The notes: a model not told the origin generated them from the sequence alone. DNA of 64,000 nt from an uncultured Chloroflexia bacterium (GCA_963715415.1 CAVQSG010000041.1:3885-67884); one strand, 5' to 3'. Positions 9,382 through 20,606 are shown, counted from the stretch's first letter. Translations and numbers: made by a program.

Positions 9382-11131
9382 TCACTCCTCGTTTGGGGCC
9401 AACAGCCACAGCACCTGGTACGGTGCGACCTCGAGCTGCAATTTTGCACCGGCATACAGGGTATTCGTGTTGTGCGACAACAGATCGGTCAGAACGGTGT
9501 TGGGATGAAGACCGTTGCGCCCAAGTCGATCGTTAGCAGTGACACGTCGCGCCGTGACGTTTGTGACACAGAGGACGGATGCAGCTTCGGTCGTGCCTGG
9601 TGTCGCAGCAGCACAAAGAGTGTCGGATGGACGTCCAGCACCGCTTGCGGTGCGGTCGGATGAAACGCAGCCTCGTGTATACGGCACTCGATCAGATGTT
9701 TGTAGCGTGTAAACACGCCGTGGGGTACGGATGTTGGTTCGGAGAGTAGAGACAACAATTCGTCACGCTGAAACTTGCGCCGGTTGATGGTGCGGTTGTG
9801 GCCCGTCTGGGCGACGCCTTCCTCCCAGTTGCGGCTGCCGAATAGACTGTGGACATAGATGCCGGGCACGCCACGAAGAGCCAACAGGATCGCTTGGCCG
9901 GCCAGAAAGCGGTCGATCTGGGTCGACGCCGGTTCATCGGCCACCGGATTGTTGAGCGCATCGAAGTAGACGATGTTGAGCTCATACGGGCTCCGGCTGC
10001 CGTCGCTGTTGGCTTTGTACGAAACCCGGCCACCGTGTGCCACCACACGTTCGGCCATCATCTCGATTTCGCCGATGGATAGAATTCCCTCGAGCGGGCG
10101 GAGACCGATGCCGTCGTGGGAAGCCAGGAAATTGAAAAAGGTCGTCTGGTCGGATGGCGTGTTCAGCGAGGCGGCCCAGTGTGTCAGACGAGTGGCGTCT
10201 CCGGTCAAGAAGGCGTGCAAGGTGAGCGGCGGCAACGTGAAGTTGTAGACCATCTGCGCTTCGTTGGCGCCGTCACCGAAGTAGCTGATGTTTTCGGCAT
10301 GGGGCACGTTGGTCTCGGTGACGAGGAGAACATGGGGCGCGACCTGGTCGAGTACGGCGCGCATGAGCCGAATGAGTGCATGTGTCTGGGGCAAGTGGAT
10401 GCAGGTCGTGCCCATCTCCTTCCACATAAATCCGATGGCATCGAGCCGAATGAGCTGTGCGCCTTGTTCGACGTAGAAGAGCAGGATGTCGAGCACCTCC
10501 AACAACACACTCGGATTGGCGTAGTTGATGTCGATCTGGTCGGCGCTGAATGTGGTCCAGACATGCTTGGACCCGCCGGAGGTCTCGACCGGCGTCAACA
10601 GGGGCAATGTGCGTGGGCGCACCACTGAGGACAGATCTGCCTTCGGGTCCACCACGATGAAGTAATCGCAGTACGGATCGTCGCTGCGCTTGAAGGCTTG
10701 GAACCAACTACTTGCCTGTGAGATGTGGTTGACGACGGCATCGAACATGAGACGAAAGTGTGCGCTGAGTTGTCGTACGTCTGCCCACGTGCCCCAGGCC
10801 GGGTTGACCTGTCTGTAGTCGACAACCGAGAAGCCGTCGTCCGAGGTATAGGGAAAGAAGGGCAAAATGTGGACGCCGTTGATCACGCCACCGATGGGAT
10901 CCTGCAGAGTCTCGTCCAGTACGCAGAGCGGCGGAGTTCCCTCCGCCTGGATCTGGTCGCCGTAGGTGATGAGCAGCACGTCACGCTCGGTGAGACGCTC
11001 TGCACGACTGTCGTCTTTCGGCCGGGTTGCGGTTTTCAGACCGCGCTGGCGAGGCGCTCGGCGATCGACAGATGGTCATCGCCGTAGACGAACGCAAGTT
11101 CCTCGAGGATGGTCGGGGGGAGTTGCGCCAC
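9382..11131 (-). pseudogene. GH13 sucrose phosphorylase / glucosylglycerate phosphorylase-family enzyme; frame interruptions near 11030 and 9620
   Basis: Motifs VHILPFFPYTSDDGFSVVDY, LIRLDAIGFMWKE, LLVTETNV and FLASHDGIG are present. The N-terminal 35 aa (GTG start at 11131, GGAGG SD) and the C-terminal ~80 aa (..LEVAPYQVLWLLAPNEE, frame 9382..9687) lie in other frames. Confidence 0.8.
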
Positions 11132-11221
11132 CAAAACCTCCGTCGTTGAGAGTATCTATATGTTTGCGCCTGCAACTGCGGTGCAGGCGCAAATATGGCC
11201 ATCGGCCGTATCGAAAAAAAG

Positions 11222-11412
11222 CTGGTTCTAATATTTTCTGTGGTTGCAATGAATCACTACAACGAATTCAGACAGGAACGAATTATTGCTCTCGTTTTCG
11301 CCGATCTTTGTCCAGTAGTAGCCGAACCTGGACACCGTTAATGTAATTCGTTGCCGTCTGAATTCGTTGTAGTGACAGGAAGTACCCAAACCACAGAAAA
11401 CACTAGAACTAG
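11222..11412. mobile_element. MITE-like foldback element (191 bp) flanked by an 8-bp direct repeat AAAAAAAG
   Basis: The terminal inverted repeats are CTGGTTCTAATATTTTCTGTGGTT and the reverse complement of AACCACAGAAAACACTAGAACTAG (3 mismatches in 24). An inner perfect inverted repeat is ACTACAACGAATTCAGAC/GTCTGAATTCGTTGTAGT. The element is AT-rich relative to its surroundings. The direct repeats are at 11214-11221 and 11413-11420. Confidence 0.6.
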
Positions 11413-11608
11413 AAAAAAAGATGTGTCAACTGCCGTCAGTGTACTAGAGACGCCAACTCTCGCCAAGCGGACCGAAACCGATCCGTGAGCAGCATCAAAT
11501 CGGAGACAGGCCCTCTCAAAGCAAAGCATGGGCTTGACAGCAACCTGGCCGAGAACGACAATTGCCGCAGCCTGTATCATTACAATGTGATCAAAAAAGG
11601 AGACCCTC

Positions 11609-12487
11609 ATGCTCGCAGCCACTGTCCCAAGCACTCGGATCAACCAGGAGGACGTCAGTTTCTATCGCGACAACGGCTTTCTCGTCGTGCACGGCGCATT
11701 TTCCACGGACGAAGTAGAGCATTTGCGCCGGGAGGCAGTTCGAGTCTGTCGTGGCGAGTTGGGCGACATTCGCGGCGTGGAGCCGGCTCTACCGGGAGAC
11801 TCTGACGACGCAGTGATGCGTCGCTACCTCTGCATTCACTTCCCGCACAAACTATCGCCCGTCATGCGCGCCGCGCTGGCCCACCCCGCCATCGTTGACG
11901 TGCTGACCAATGTCATCGGTCCCGATGTCAAGTGCATGCAGTCTATGCTTTTTATCAAGGCCGCGGGTAAGCCTGGCCAAGCCTGGCATCAGGACGAAGA
12001 CTTTATTCCCACGCGCGACCGTTCGCTGACGGGCGGCTGGATTGCGCTGGATGATGCTACGGTGGAAAACGGCTGTTTATGGGTCATTCCTGGTTCCCAC
12101 AAACGCGGTGTGCTTTGGCCGATGCACATTCAGGAAGACGCACGCTTCGACTGCACCAACGAGTCGTTCGGGTTTCCCTACTCAGATGCCGACGCGATAC
12201 CTGTCGAGGTGAAGGCAGGGGCGGTGGTCTTCTTCAACGGCTATCTGTTGCATCGATCCTTGCCCAATTCTGCTGTCGGCGGCTACCGCCGCGCGCTGGT
12301 CAACCACTATATGAGCGCACAATCCCTTCTGCCCTGGAGGCCGCCCAAGGAGGGGGAGCACATGGCCATTGCGGACTATCGGGACATTGTCTTGGTGGCA
12401 GGGCAAGATCCGTACGGTTACAAGCCCATAGAGGATCTAGCCAACGTGCATGTGCGCCCGAGTGGTGAGGGCGGGTGTGACCGGTAG
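11609..12487 (+). CDS. Phytanoyl-CoA dioxygenase (PhyH) family Fe(II)/2-oxoglutarate oxygenase
   Basis: The 292-aa ORF has YRDNGFLVVHGAFS, AWHQDEDF, WIALDDATVENGCLWVIPGSHK and FFNGYLLHRS motifs. Confidence 0.8.
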   Translation: MLAATVPSTRINQEDVSFYRDNGFLVVHGAFSTDEVEHLRREAVRVCRGELGDIRGVEPALPGDSDDAVMRRYLCIHFPHKLSPVMRAALAHPAIVDVLTNVIGPDVKCMQSMLFIKAAGKPGQAWHQDEDFIPTRDRSLTGGWIALDDATVENGCLWVIPGSHKRGVLWPMHIQEDARFDCTNESFGFPYSDADAIPVEVKAGAVVFFNGYLLHRSLPNSAVGGYRRALVNHYMSAQSLLPWRPPKEGEHMAIADYRDIVLVAGQDPYGYKPIEDLANVHVRPSGEGGCDR

Positions 12488-12521
12488 GACGGGGAAATGT
12501 CATGCCGGCCCGGCGGCCTAG

Positions 12522-12612
12522 CTCAGTTGGGCGTGAAACCCCCGACAGAAATCCGGCTACGCCACCTCTGGGAGGAGCTGGTCAAGGATTTCTGCCGGGA
12601 TTCACTCGGGGC
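12522..12612 (+). repeat. Dispersed repeat family A, diverged copy 2
   Basis: GGCGTGAAACCCCCGACAGAAATCCGGCTACGC...CAAGGATTTCTGCCGGGATTCACTCGGGG aligns with copies at 466-552 and 56170-56256 (reverse complement). Confidence 0.55.
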
Positions 12613-12653
12613 AGGTGCAAGATCTGCCCGCGTTCGCCCGGACGACAAGGGCG

Positions 12654-12731
12654 GGTGGTATTCCACGATTTGTGTGAAAGTGGCTTGCTCTCTGGTAGAT
12701 TGCGAATATACACACAATTCCGGATACCATC
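12654..12731. mobile_element. MITE family 1, copy 1 (78 bp) with 8-bp target-site duplication CAAGGGCG
   Basis: The terminal inverted repeats are GGTGGTATTCCACGATTTGTGTG and CACACAATTCCGGATACCATC. The direct repeats CAAGGGCG lie at 12646-12653 and 12732-12739. A second copy is at 19977-20057. Confidence 0.75.
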
Positions 12732-12752
12732 CAAGGGCGCGCCCTTACCGGA

Positions 12753-13805
12753 TCAAGTTGCCTTGAGCGCGCCGCCGGGACGTAGATGTTTCAAATCGCG
12801 AAAACGGACCAGTTTCTTCTGATCCTCATCCCACAGGGTCAGGAACGCCGTACCTAGACTGTTCCAAATGGTCAACTCCATGACCCGCTGAAGTTCCGGA
12901 TTATTCTTGTGGCACTTCTCCAGATTGTAGTTGGGGATGCGCGGGCTCAGGTGGTGAATGTGATGGAAGCCGATGTTCCCCGTGAACCATTGTAGTACCT
13001 TTGGTAGACGGTAGTAGGAACTGCCGTGCATTGCGGCCAGCGTATAGTCCCACTCCGGCTTGTATTCCCAGTAGGTATCTTCATATTGATGCTGGACATA
13101 AAAGAGCCAGGTGCCAATGGTCGCGGACAAAATCGCGATGGGAAACTGGATCAGCAATAGCGCCTTGAAGCCCACAAGAAACCCGACCGTGCCGTAGAGC
13201 AGGACGATAGCCAGGTTGTTCCACCAGACTGATTTTCTGTCACTCGGCTGATATTCGGGTCCGGAAGCGACGGGTAGTCGCTGGAGAATGAGGAAATGGA
13301 TGCCGGGTGCGATGCCGAACAGAAAGACCGGGTTGCGAAAGACACGATAGGCCGCTCGCTGCCAGAACGGCGCGGCCAAATACTCATCCACCGTCATGGT
13401 CCAGACGTCGCCATGGCCGCGATCACCTAGGTCGTTGGTGTGGGCGTGATGGAGCGCGTGGCTCTTGCGCCAATATTTGTAGGCCACCAGCGTGAAGACA
13501 CCACAGATGGAGCCGACCAAGTCGTTCCACTTTCGCGTGGGGAAAAACGAACCGTGCCCGCAGTCGTGCTGGATGATAAAGATACGCATCAAAAAGCCGG
13601 CTGTCGGCAGTGCAAGCAGCAGGGTAAGCCAGTATCCCACGTAGTGCAGAGCAAGAAGCATGACAATCCATAGGCTGAGGTAGCCACCGAATGAGTTGAT
13701 GATCTGCCAAATGCTGCGTCGGACGTCGGGATTCTGATACTCGGCGACAAGGTCTCTCCATTGGGACACATTGGGGGCCTGCCAATCTTGGTTCGGTATT
13801 GCCAT
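12753..13805 (-). CDS. Membrane fatty-acid desaturase
   Basis: The histidine boxes HDCGHGSFF, HHAHTND and HHIHHL are present. I prefer the start MAIPNQDW at 13805 (AGGAG SD upstream) over the GTG at 13829. Confidence 0.85.
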   Translation of the reverse strand: MAIPNQDWQAPNVSQWRDLVAEYQNPDVRRSIWQIINSFGGYLSLWIVMLLALHYVGYWLTLLLALPTAGFLMRIFIIQHDCGHGSFFPTRKWNDLVGSICGVFTLVAYKYWRKSHALHHAHTNDLGDRGHGDVWTMTVDEYLAAPFWQRAAYRVFRNPVFLFGIAPGIHFLILQRLPVASGPEYQPSDRKSVWWNNLAIVLLYGTVGFLVGFKALLLIQFPIAILSATIGTWLFYVQHQYEDTYWEYKPEWDYTLAAMHGSSYYRLPKVLQWFTGNIGFHHIHHLSPRIPNYNLEKCHKNNPELQRVMELTIWNSLGTAFLTLWDEDQKKLVRFRDLKHLRPGGALKAT

Positions 13806-14278
13806 CTCTCTGTTTCTCCTAAATCTCACAAATATATCTTAGTCGCGGTGTAGATGAATCTGTCTACGCCGCGGCTGGAACACAATTCTTCGGGGCTACC
13901 GGAACCTACCACGAGATCCCGGCGTAAATCGGGCCACGGTTGTTTTGCCGCTTCCACTCGGGTGGATTGACCCTATCTGTCGCCGTGAGTTCTACGCCGG
14001 ACTATAGCCGGTGGAGTTGAGCACTTGCTTGCTCTGTAAGTGCTCCCACGCCGACTCAAGGTGGAATGATGTACCGTACAGACATACGGGACGAGTCGAG
14101 GGTATCCGTTCAGTATCATGCTGACGCATGGCACCAACGCATATCACAACTGCATAACACCACTGTACGCACAAAGTTGCTGCTGGCCGTCCGCTACAGC
14201 TGAGGAGAAGACGCAAATTCGACAAGATGCCTAGGGTGTATCCGCTGACGGATAGACGATTGATGAACTGGACACAGT

Positions 14279-14848
14279 ATGCACCGGAAATTCAAATTTG
14301 TCATAACTTTCATGGCCTTGTCCGTGTTTGTGCTTGCGGCTTGCCGCCAGCGAGCCCCGTCCACGGCAACGGATACACGGTCTGATCACGCTGCCCCAGT
14401 GCCGGCTGCCGAGGAGCTCCCACGCTATCGCTATGATCAACTCTTGCGGCGCGATGGAATTGCGCCCATCTACGAGCCTGTTTTTGTGTCCGTCCTAGAA
14501 GCCGAGTTGGACGATGATGAACTGGTGCTCGCGATCGAATATGAGGATGCTGCGCGTGCGCGCGTCATCAACGACCAGATCGGCGATCGTCCATTAGCAA
14601 TCATTGTCGAACCGGACTCCCATATGGTGGCCGTGTACCTGCGCACCATTGATGGTCAGGTGCTTGATCTCATCTGGCGTGACAATGCGCTCTACGATCA
14701 ACAGACCGGCAGCAGATGGATGCCGGTCAACGGTCTGGCGGTCGACGGGCCGCTTGAAGGGGTCGCTTTGCGCCCGGTGCCCTATGTTCCAGCTTTTCCC
14801 GCGGCTTGGCTGGAGTTTTTCCCACAGACTGAAGTCTATCAACCGTAG
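14279..14848 (+). CDS. Lipoprotein, DUF3179-like (diverged or shortened)
   Basis: A signal peptide with a VLAAC lipobox is present. The DGIAPIYEPVF...INDQIGDRPLAI...YDQQTGSRW...GPLEGVALRPVP pattern resembles DUF3179, but the central CPLC-type segment is absent. Confidence 0.5.
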   Translation: MHRKFKFVITFMALSVFVLAACRQRAPSTATDTRSDHAAPVPAAEELPRYRYDQLLRRDGIAPIYEPVFVSVLEAELDDDELVLAIEYEDAARARVINDQIGDRPLAIIVEPDSHMVAVYLRTIDGQVLDLIWRDNALYDQQTGSRWMPVNGLAVDGPLEGVALRPVPYVPAFPAAWLEFFPQTEVYQP

Positions 14849-15324
14849 TTTTAGTAGTGTCGTCACGGGTGCATTCCAGGTTTTGGGCAGCAAACCTGAG
14901 GGCGTTGCTCTGGACTCGGCCTTCAGTGCCTCGTCCTCTCACTCGCCACCGGTGTGGCGGCAAGCTCCCAATACTCGACGGCTAACGCACGCACGGGTCG
15001 GATCCGCACGGGGATGAATCCCCCGTGCAACCATTGCGTCCGCTCAGGCGGACATGCCGGCAACCGGACAAGCCCGGTTCAGCGGGCGCAGTGATAGCCC
15101 TGGGGCTTGAGCCGAGGCAGTCGCGTCCCGCCTGTTCCCAGCCCCTTTTTTGCCCAACGGCACGATGTGAGCCGAGAGGAGACCGTTGCGGTTAGGGTGG
15201 GGCGACCAAGAATCCGGTTCCCGAAAACGTGGAACTGCGTCCTGTCGTCAGCAGAGACATGCAGCATCAGTCCGGTTGCGTTAGAATACACGGACCAATA
15301 TGATCGCCTATCAGCAACCGTAGG

Positions 15325-17190
15325 ATGTCGCGCGTGACCTCTCATCAGCAACCTCATCCCCTCGTTCGTCTTTGGCGCTATTCTGCCGGACAGCACGGCA
15401 ATCTAGCACTGGCCGTTGCTTGTTCCATACTCAACAAGCTGTTCGATCTGGCGCCGCCTGTGCTGATCGGCATCGCCGTCGACGTGGTTGTGCGCCAGCA
15501 GAATTCTATGTTGGCCCAAATGGGGTTTGCGACAGTCTCTGCCCAACTCTTGGTCCTCGCAGGGCTGACCCTCTTTATCTGGGCCATGGAGTCGCTGTTC
15601 GAATACTTCTTTCGTGTGCTCTGGCGCAATCTGGCGCAGCAGCTCCAGCATAATCTGCGCGTCGACGCCTATGACCATGTCCAACATCTTGAACTAGCCT
15701 ACTTTGAGGATCGCAACACGGGCACGTTGATGGCGATCCTCAACGACGACATCAATCAGCTCGAGCGTTTCCTGGATGAAGGCATCAACGATATCCTGCA
15801 GCTCATCACGACCATCGTGGTGGTCGGCGCCGTCTACATGTCCATCGCCCCTGCTATCGGTTGGATGACAATCGTGCCCATGCCGTTCGTCATCTGGGGA
15901 TCCATCCATTTCCAAAAATTGCTGGCGCCGCGCTACGCGGCGGTGCGCAACCAGGTCGGCATGCTCAACAGCCAGCTTGCCAACAACCTGGGCGGCATCG
16001 CGACCATCAAGAGCTTCACGGCCGAAACCTTCGAGCGTGCACGGATGGCGCGTGCGTCGGAGCTCTATCTACAGCGCAATCGTGATGCCATCCGACTCAG
16101 CTCGGCATTTGTGCCGGTCATTCGTATGGCCATTGTGGTCGGCTTCGTTGCCATTCTCTATTTTGGTGGCCTCATGGTACTCAACGGCACGCTGGAGGTC
16201 GGCGCCTACAGCGTGCTGGTCTTCATGACGCAACGCTTGCTTTGGCCGTTGACCCGACTCGGCAGCACCCTGGATCTCTACCAGCGGGCCATGGCGTCCA
16301 CGAATCGCGTCTTTGCACTGTTGGATACCGCCCCGGTCATCGTAAGTGGTTCCACGTCCTTGCCTCTTGAAGAGGTCAGGGGCGCGGTCACATTTGACCG
16401 TGTCAGCTTTGACTATCGACAGGCGCGCACCGCCGGCGAGGCTGAACTCTCCTTTATACCTCCGGTTCTACGCGATCTATCGCTCCGAATTGAGCCTGGT
16501 CAAACAGTTGCCCTGGTCGGCGCCACCGGCGCCGGCAAAAGCACAGTGGTCAAGCTTTTACTGCGCCTCTACGATGTGGTCGACGGCCAGGTTCTGCTAG
16601 ACGGCCAGGATGTGCGTACGCTGGATACGGTCGACCTGCGTAGGGCTGTGGGCTTCGTGAGTCAGGATGTATTTCTGTTTCACGGCACTGTGCGCGAGAA
16701 CATCGCTTACGGCAGACCGAACGCGCCTTTGGACGAGATCATCGCCGCTGCCCAAGTTGCAGAAGCCCACGACTTTATCCTGCAACTGAACCAGGGCTAT
16801 GACACGATCGTTGGCGAACGCGGCCAGAAACTCTCAGGCGGTCAACGCCAACGTATCTCAATTGCGCGTGCAGTGTTGAAAGATCCGCCCGTTCTGATCC
16901 TGGACGAAGCGACATCCGCGGTGGACAACGAGACCGAGGCGGCGATCCAGCGATCATTGGAACGTATCACTGTCGGGCGCACCACCATTATCATTGCCCA
17001 TCGGCTCTCAACGGTGCGCAATGCCGATTGCATCTTCGTGTTGGAAAATGGACACTTGCTCGAAAAGGGCCGGCATGATGAACTGGTCGGCGGCGACGGC
17101 GTCTATGCTGCACTCTGGCGTGTGCAGACTGGCGTACGCCAGTCGACCAACGGGCATGTGGCGGTTTGGGAGGAGTCAAATTCTCCATGA
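15325..17190 (+). CDS. ABC transporter, fused permease/ATP-binding protein (MsbA-like exporter type)
   Basis: An N-terminal 6-TM ABC_membrane region is followed by Walker [10 protein letters not shown], the signature LSGGQRQR and Walker [12 protein letters not shown]. Confidence 0.9.
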   Translation: MSRVTSHQQPHPLVRLWRYSAGQHGNLALAVACSILNKLFDLAPPVLIGIAVDVVVRQQNSMLAQMGFATVSAQLLVLAGLTLFIWAMESLFEYFFRVLWRNLAQQLQHNLRVDAYDHVQHLELAYFEDRNTGTLMAILNDDINQLERFLDEGINDILQLITTIVVVGAVYMSIAPAIGWMTIVPMPFVIWGSIHFQKLLAPRYAAVRNQVGMLNSQLANNLGGIATIKSFTAETFERARMARASELYLQRNRDAIRLSSAFVPVIRMAIVVGFVAILYFGGLMVLNGTLEVGAYSVLVFMTQRLLWPLTRLGSTLDLYQRAMASTNRVFALLDTAPVIVSGSTSLPLEEVRGAVTFDRVSFDYRQARTAGEAELSFIPPVLRDLSLRIEPGQTVALVGATGAGKSTVVKLLLRLYDVVDGQVLLDGQDVRTLDTVDLRRAVGFVSQDVFLFHGTVRENIAYGRPNAPLDEIIAAAQVAEAHDFILQLNQGYDTIVGERGQKLSGGQRQRISIARAVLKDPPVLILDEATSAVDNETEAAIQRSLERITVGRTTIIIAHRLSTVRNADCIFVLENGHLLEKGRHDELVGGDGVYAALWRVQTGVRQSTNGHVAVWEESNSP

Positions 17191-18653
17191 ACCACAATAT
17201 TCGTATTCTCGACCCGGCGCGCTGGCTGTTGCTGCTCGGCCTCTTCATCACCGTGGGTTTGGGCGTTGCTGCCACACCGATCGTGGGCCAGGTTGATGTT
17301 GATATACGCTATCATGTCGTCGCTCCCGGCGAAACCTTGAGCGAAATCGCCAAGCAATACGACGTCGATGTGGATACGTTGACAATTCTGAACGGTATCT
17401 CCGACGCCGATGAAATCTTTGCCGGGCAGCAACTTCGTCTACCGCGCAGCGTTGTGTCGTCTATTCCCGGCGAACAGGCGACAACGGAATCGGATCGGGA
17501 GAGCGAAGGTGATCAAACTAAGCGCTCGGGTCCCGCCGGTCTTCGAGTGGACGAGAGTGAAGCAACCGCTGACGGGCACGAATCCGCCGATGCGAAACCC
17601 ACCAAGGAGGCCGTGGAAAGCGCGACGCCAAAGGCTTCCGAGCCGTCTCCTGCTACCATTGACAGCGTCCCTCGCATGATCGTCGATCCCATGCTGGCGA
17701 CCACACGCAATCGCACATATACAGTCCGGCTCAATGACACTCTGGCTGATGTTGCGCTGCGCACCGGTGTTAGTCATGCTGCCCTCAGTAAGTTGAACCG
17801 GCTAACACGCGACGCTCCGCTGCGCGCCGGGCAGAGCTTGCTGCTGCCGGCCACACCGCGTGATCTCCAGATGACGACACCGGCGCAGACCGTGATCGTC
17901 CAGCCCGGCGACAGCTTGAGCGCCATCGCCGTCGAGCATGAGATAGCCCTCCCCGACCTGATGCGCGCCAATGGACTCTCCAATCCCGATGCCATTGTCA
18001 TCGGTCAGTCGCTGATCGTCCCGCCCAAACCGCTGCAGGCGGAGGAACAGATGCGACGCCGGGTGGGTCCGCCGCGTAGCGGCTTTGACTACTATACCGT
18101 CCAGCAGGGCGACACGTTGTCGGAAATCGGTCGTGATTTCGACACCCCTGTCCTCGCCCTGCTGGAGTACAACGGACTGCCCGACGAGCAGACGGTCTAC
18201 TCGGGGCTTGAGCTACGCATCCCGTTCGGCGCGCCGCCGTTGCCCCAAGTCTTGCCACCGGCGCCCATTTCGGGCACAAGCTTCATGGTTAGTCTGAGCC
18301 GCCAACAGTGTTGGCTATTTCACGGCAGCGAGATTGCGCAGAGCTGGACGTGCAGCACCGGCTACGGAGATTGGATCACCCGTACCGGCACGTTCAAAAT
18401 CCAGACCAAGTTGGAGATGGCGAAGAGCGGTGCATACCGACTGGACATGCCCTACTGGCTCGGTCTCTATGATGTAGGTGAGTTCGAGAACGGGATCCAC
18501 GGTATTCCGGTGGAATGGGAAACGGGCGAGAAGCTCTGGGACGGATTGATCGGCCAACCGGCGACCTTCGGCTGCGCCATGTTGGCCGATGACGCCGCCG
18601 CCTTTCTGTTCGATGCATCGTATCTCGGTATGCCGGTCCACGTGATCGAATAA
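17187..18653 (+). CDS. Protein with four LysM repeats and an L,D-transpeptidase (YkuD) catalytic domain
   Basis: Four LysM units are present (for example [24 protein letters not shown]). The C-terminal region has HGIP...ATFGCAML, a His/Cys YkuD motif. The start forms an ATGA overlap with the ABC gene, and a GGGAGGAG SD is present. Confidence 0.85.
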   Translation: MNHNIRILDPARWLLLLGLFITVGLGVAATPIVGQVDVDIRYHVVAPGETLSEIAKQYDVDVDTLTILNGISDADEIFAGQQLRLPRSVVSSIPGEQATTESDRESEGDQTKRSGPAGLRVDESEATADGHESADAKPTKEAVESATPKASEPSPATIDSVPRMIVDPMLATTRNRTYTVRLNDTLADVALRTGVSHAALSKLNRLTRDAPLRAGQSLLLPATPRDLQMTTPAQTVIVQPGDSLSAIAVEHEIALPDLMRANGLSNPDAIVIGQSLIVPPKPLQAEEQMRRRVGPPRSGFDYYTVQQGDTLSEIGRDFDTPVLALLEYNGLPDEQTVYSGLELRIPFGAPPLPQVLPPAPISGTSFMVSLSRQQCWLFHGSEIAQSWTCSTGYGDWITRTGTFKIQTKLEMAKSGAYRLDMPYWLGLYDVGEFENGIHGIPVEWETGEKLWDGLIGQPATFGCAMLADDAAAFLFDASYLGMPVHVIE

Positions 18654-18694
18654 CTTGGCGAGGGACGAATCAACTTTGCACGACGGGTTTCAAT

Positions 18695-19775
18695 ATGTTC
18701 ATCGATGTAGATCGGCCGGCCGGTGTGCGTGAGGGGGAAAGTCTGGACATCGACGCCCTGGAGACCTATCTGGTTTCCGTGCTGCCCGGCATGTACGGGC
18801 AGCTGCATGTTCAGCAATTCCTCAGCGGTTATTCGAATCTCACCTATCTGCTTACGTTGGGCGATAAAGAGCTGGTCTTGCGCAGACCCCCCTTTGGCGC
18901 GGCCATCAAGTCCGCCCACGACATGGGTCGCGAGTTCCCGCGTCCTGTCGGGGCTTGCGCCGATATATGACAAGGCACCGCAGCCACTTCTCTATTGTCA
19001 GGACGAGAGTGTGATCGGTGTGCCGTTCTATGTCATGGAGAGGGTGACAGGGGTCATTTTGCGACCGGGCAGAGGTACGGACCCGGCGTTGACTCCAGCA
19101 CGCATGCGATTACTTTCCAACGCGGTCGTGAACAACCTCGCGACCATCCACGAGATTGATGTGCATGCCGCTGGACTTGCCGATTTGGGCCGCCCGGACG
19201 GATACGTGCAGCGCCAGATTGCCGGATGGTCAAAACGTTACCGCAACGCACAGTCGGACATCATCCCGGCGCTTGACTCGGCCCAGCCCTGGCTTGAGGG
19301 CAATCGGCCTGTCGAAGCTGGAGCCACGTTGATTCATAATGACTACAAATATGACAATGTGGTGCTGGATCGTGAAAACTTGGGCCGCATCGTTGCGGTA
19401 CTCGATCGGGAGATGTGCACGGTGGGCGATCCGCTGATGGATCTCGGGACGACTCTCGGATATTGGATCGAACCGGGTGACCCCAACGCGATGGTCTCCA
19501 TGTTTGGGCTGACGGCATTGCCCGGCAACTTGACCCGCAGCCAAGTGTTGGCCCGCTACCAACAGGCAAGTGGACGGTATGTGGAAAAGCCACTTTTCTA
19601 CTACGTCTACGGCGTGTTCAAGATCGCGGTCATTGTCCAGCAGATCTACGCGCGATTTCTGCACGGAGTGACGCAAGATGCGCGCTTCGAAGTTCTGATC
19701 GATGTGGTGCGCGCCTGCGGGCAAATGATTGAGTTGGCGATAGATAGTGACCGACTGTCGTCGTCTGCGGAATAG
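18695..19775 (+). pseudogene. Phosphotransferase (APH/choline-kinase-like) family protein; frame interruption near 18940
   Basis: The N-terminal 80 aa (..QQFLSGYSNLTYLLTLGDKELVLRRPP) are in frame 18695. The rest is in frame 18723, with LIHNDYKYDNVVLD and MCTVGDPLMDLG motifs. Confidence 0.75.
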
Positions 19776-19976
19776 ACGATTTTCTGAGGTTCGTCCTGTC
19801 AAAGCGAACGACCGCAACCGGCAAGTTCTCGACGTGGCAATCCGGATTCCCGATTGCCACTGGGTGCATCCCATTTTCCGGGGCGCCAGTCGAGAGCACG
19901 AAACGAACCCCCTTGAGAAAGCCCTAAAATGTGGTATACACCCGATTGCCACGTCGAGATCGCACACCATAGGATG

Positions 19977-20057
19977 GGGTGGTATACCACGAATTGTGTG
20001 AAAGTGGCTTGCTCTCTCTGGTAGATTGCGAATTTACACACAATTCCGGATACCACC
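19977..20057. mobile_element. MITE family 1, copy 2 (about 81 bp) with 8-bp target-site duplication ATAGGATG
   Basis: GGGTGGTATACCACGAATTGTGTGAAAGTGGCTTGCTCTCTCTGGTAGATTGCGAATTTACACACAATTCCGGATACCACC is flanked by ATAGGATG at 19969-19976 and 20058-20065. The core is about 90 percent identical to 12654-12731. Confidence 0.75.
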
Positions 20058-20093
20058 ATAGGATGCCGTCGGCATCTGCTGCGCGGTTGACAC

Positions 20094-20131
20094 AAAAAAC
20101 AAAGGGCCCTCAAATTACAGAGGACCCTTTG
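20094..20131 (-). terminator. Rho-independent terminator of the 67-aa gene
   Basis: A 12-bp stem (CAAAGGGCCCTC/GAGGACCCTTTG, 1 mismatch) is followed on the minus strand by T6. Confidence 0.6.
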
Positions 20132-20193
20132 TCGCATCGGTAAAGCTCGCTGTCATCCAATGCCGGACGGTCTGTTCGTTGCTCTTGGCCTGA

Positions 20194-20397
20194 CTACTGC
20201 GGCAAAGTGACCACGTAATTCTGTTGCAGATAGCGCCACATCTCGTCCATGTCAACAAAGGTGTGATGTTCCCCTGTATTGACCGACTGTAATGTGACTC
20301 TCCAGTCGTTGTCACGTTCACTGCGCCACATACGAAGCACAAACGAGTGGTGGGTTTCTGCTGTATCGTCCTTGCCGTTGAGAACGAACTCAGCCAT
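20194..20397 (-). CDS. Small hypothetical protein (67 aa)
   Basis: A GGAGAGGAAG SD lies upstream of the ATG and a terminator lies downstream. The FVLRMWRSE...WRVTLQSVNTGEHHTF pattern recurs in small proteins of unknown function. Confidence 0.6.
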   Translation of the reverse strand: MAEFVLNGKDDTAETHHSFVLRMWRSERDNDWRVTLQSVNTGEHHTFVDMDEMWRYLQQNYVVTLPQ

Positions 20398-20606
20398 AGG
20401 AATCTTCCTCTCCTATCATCGCCTTCCTTGATGCGAACAATAGGTGGTCGTTCGCTGGACGGTCCATGATGTTGCTGCTGGAGCTTGATTATACGGAAGG
20501 ACCGTTACACGATCGTTACAGCATCATGGCGAACCGGCAATGAAAACTCGTCAGCACATTCCGGACAGATCGGCCGAAGCAAGGACGCTTCGCAGGATGC
20601 TTTCGC

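Noticed and set aside
12512-12535. tRNA-like D-loop sequence GGCCTAGCTCAGTTGGG
   Set aside because: There is no acceptor stem, anticodon arm or GTTCxAxTC T-loop after it. The segment aligns with the 5-prime part of repeat family A copies that lack the tRNA-like bases, so the resemblance is coincidental.
15005-15050. Cobalamin-riboswitch-like string GGATGAATCCCCCGTGCAACC
   Set aside because: The resemblance to the GGTGAAAATCC..CCCGCAACTGT core is partial and there is no B12 box. The downstream gene is an MsbA-type exporter, not a cobalamin transporter.
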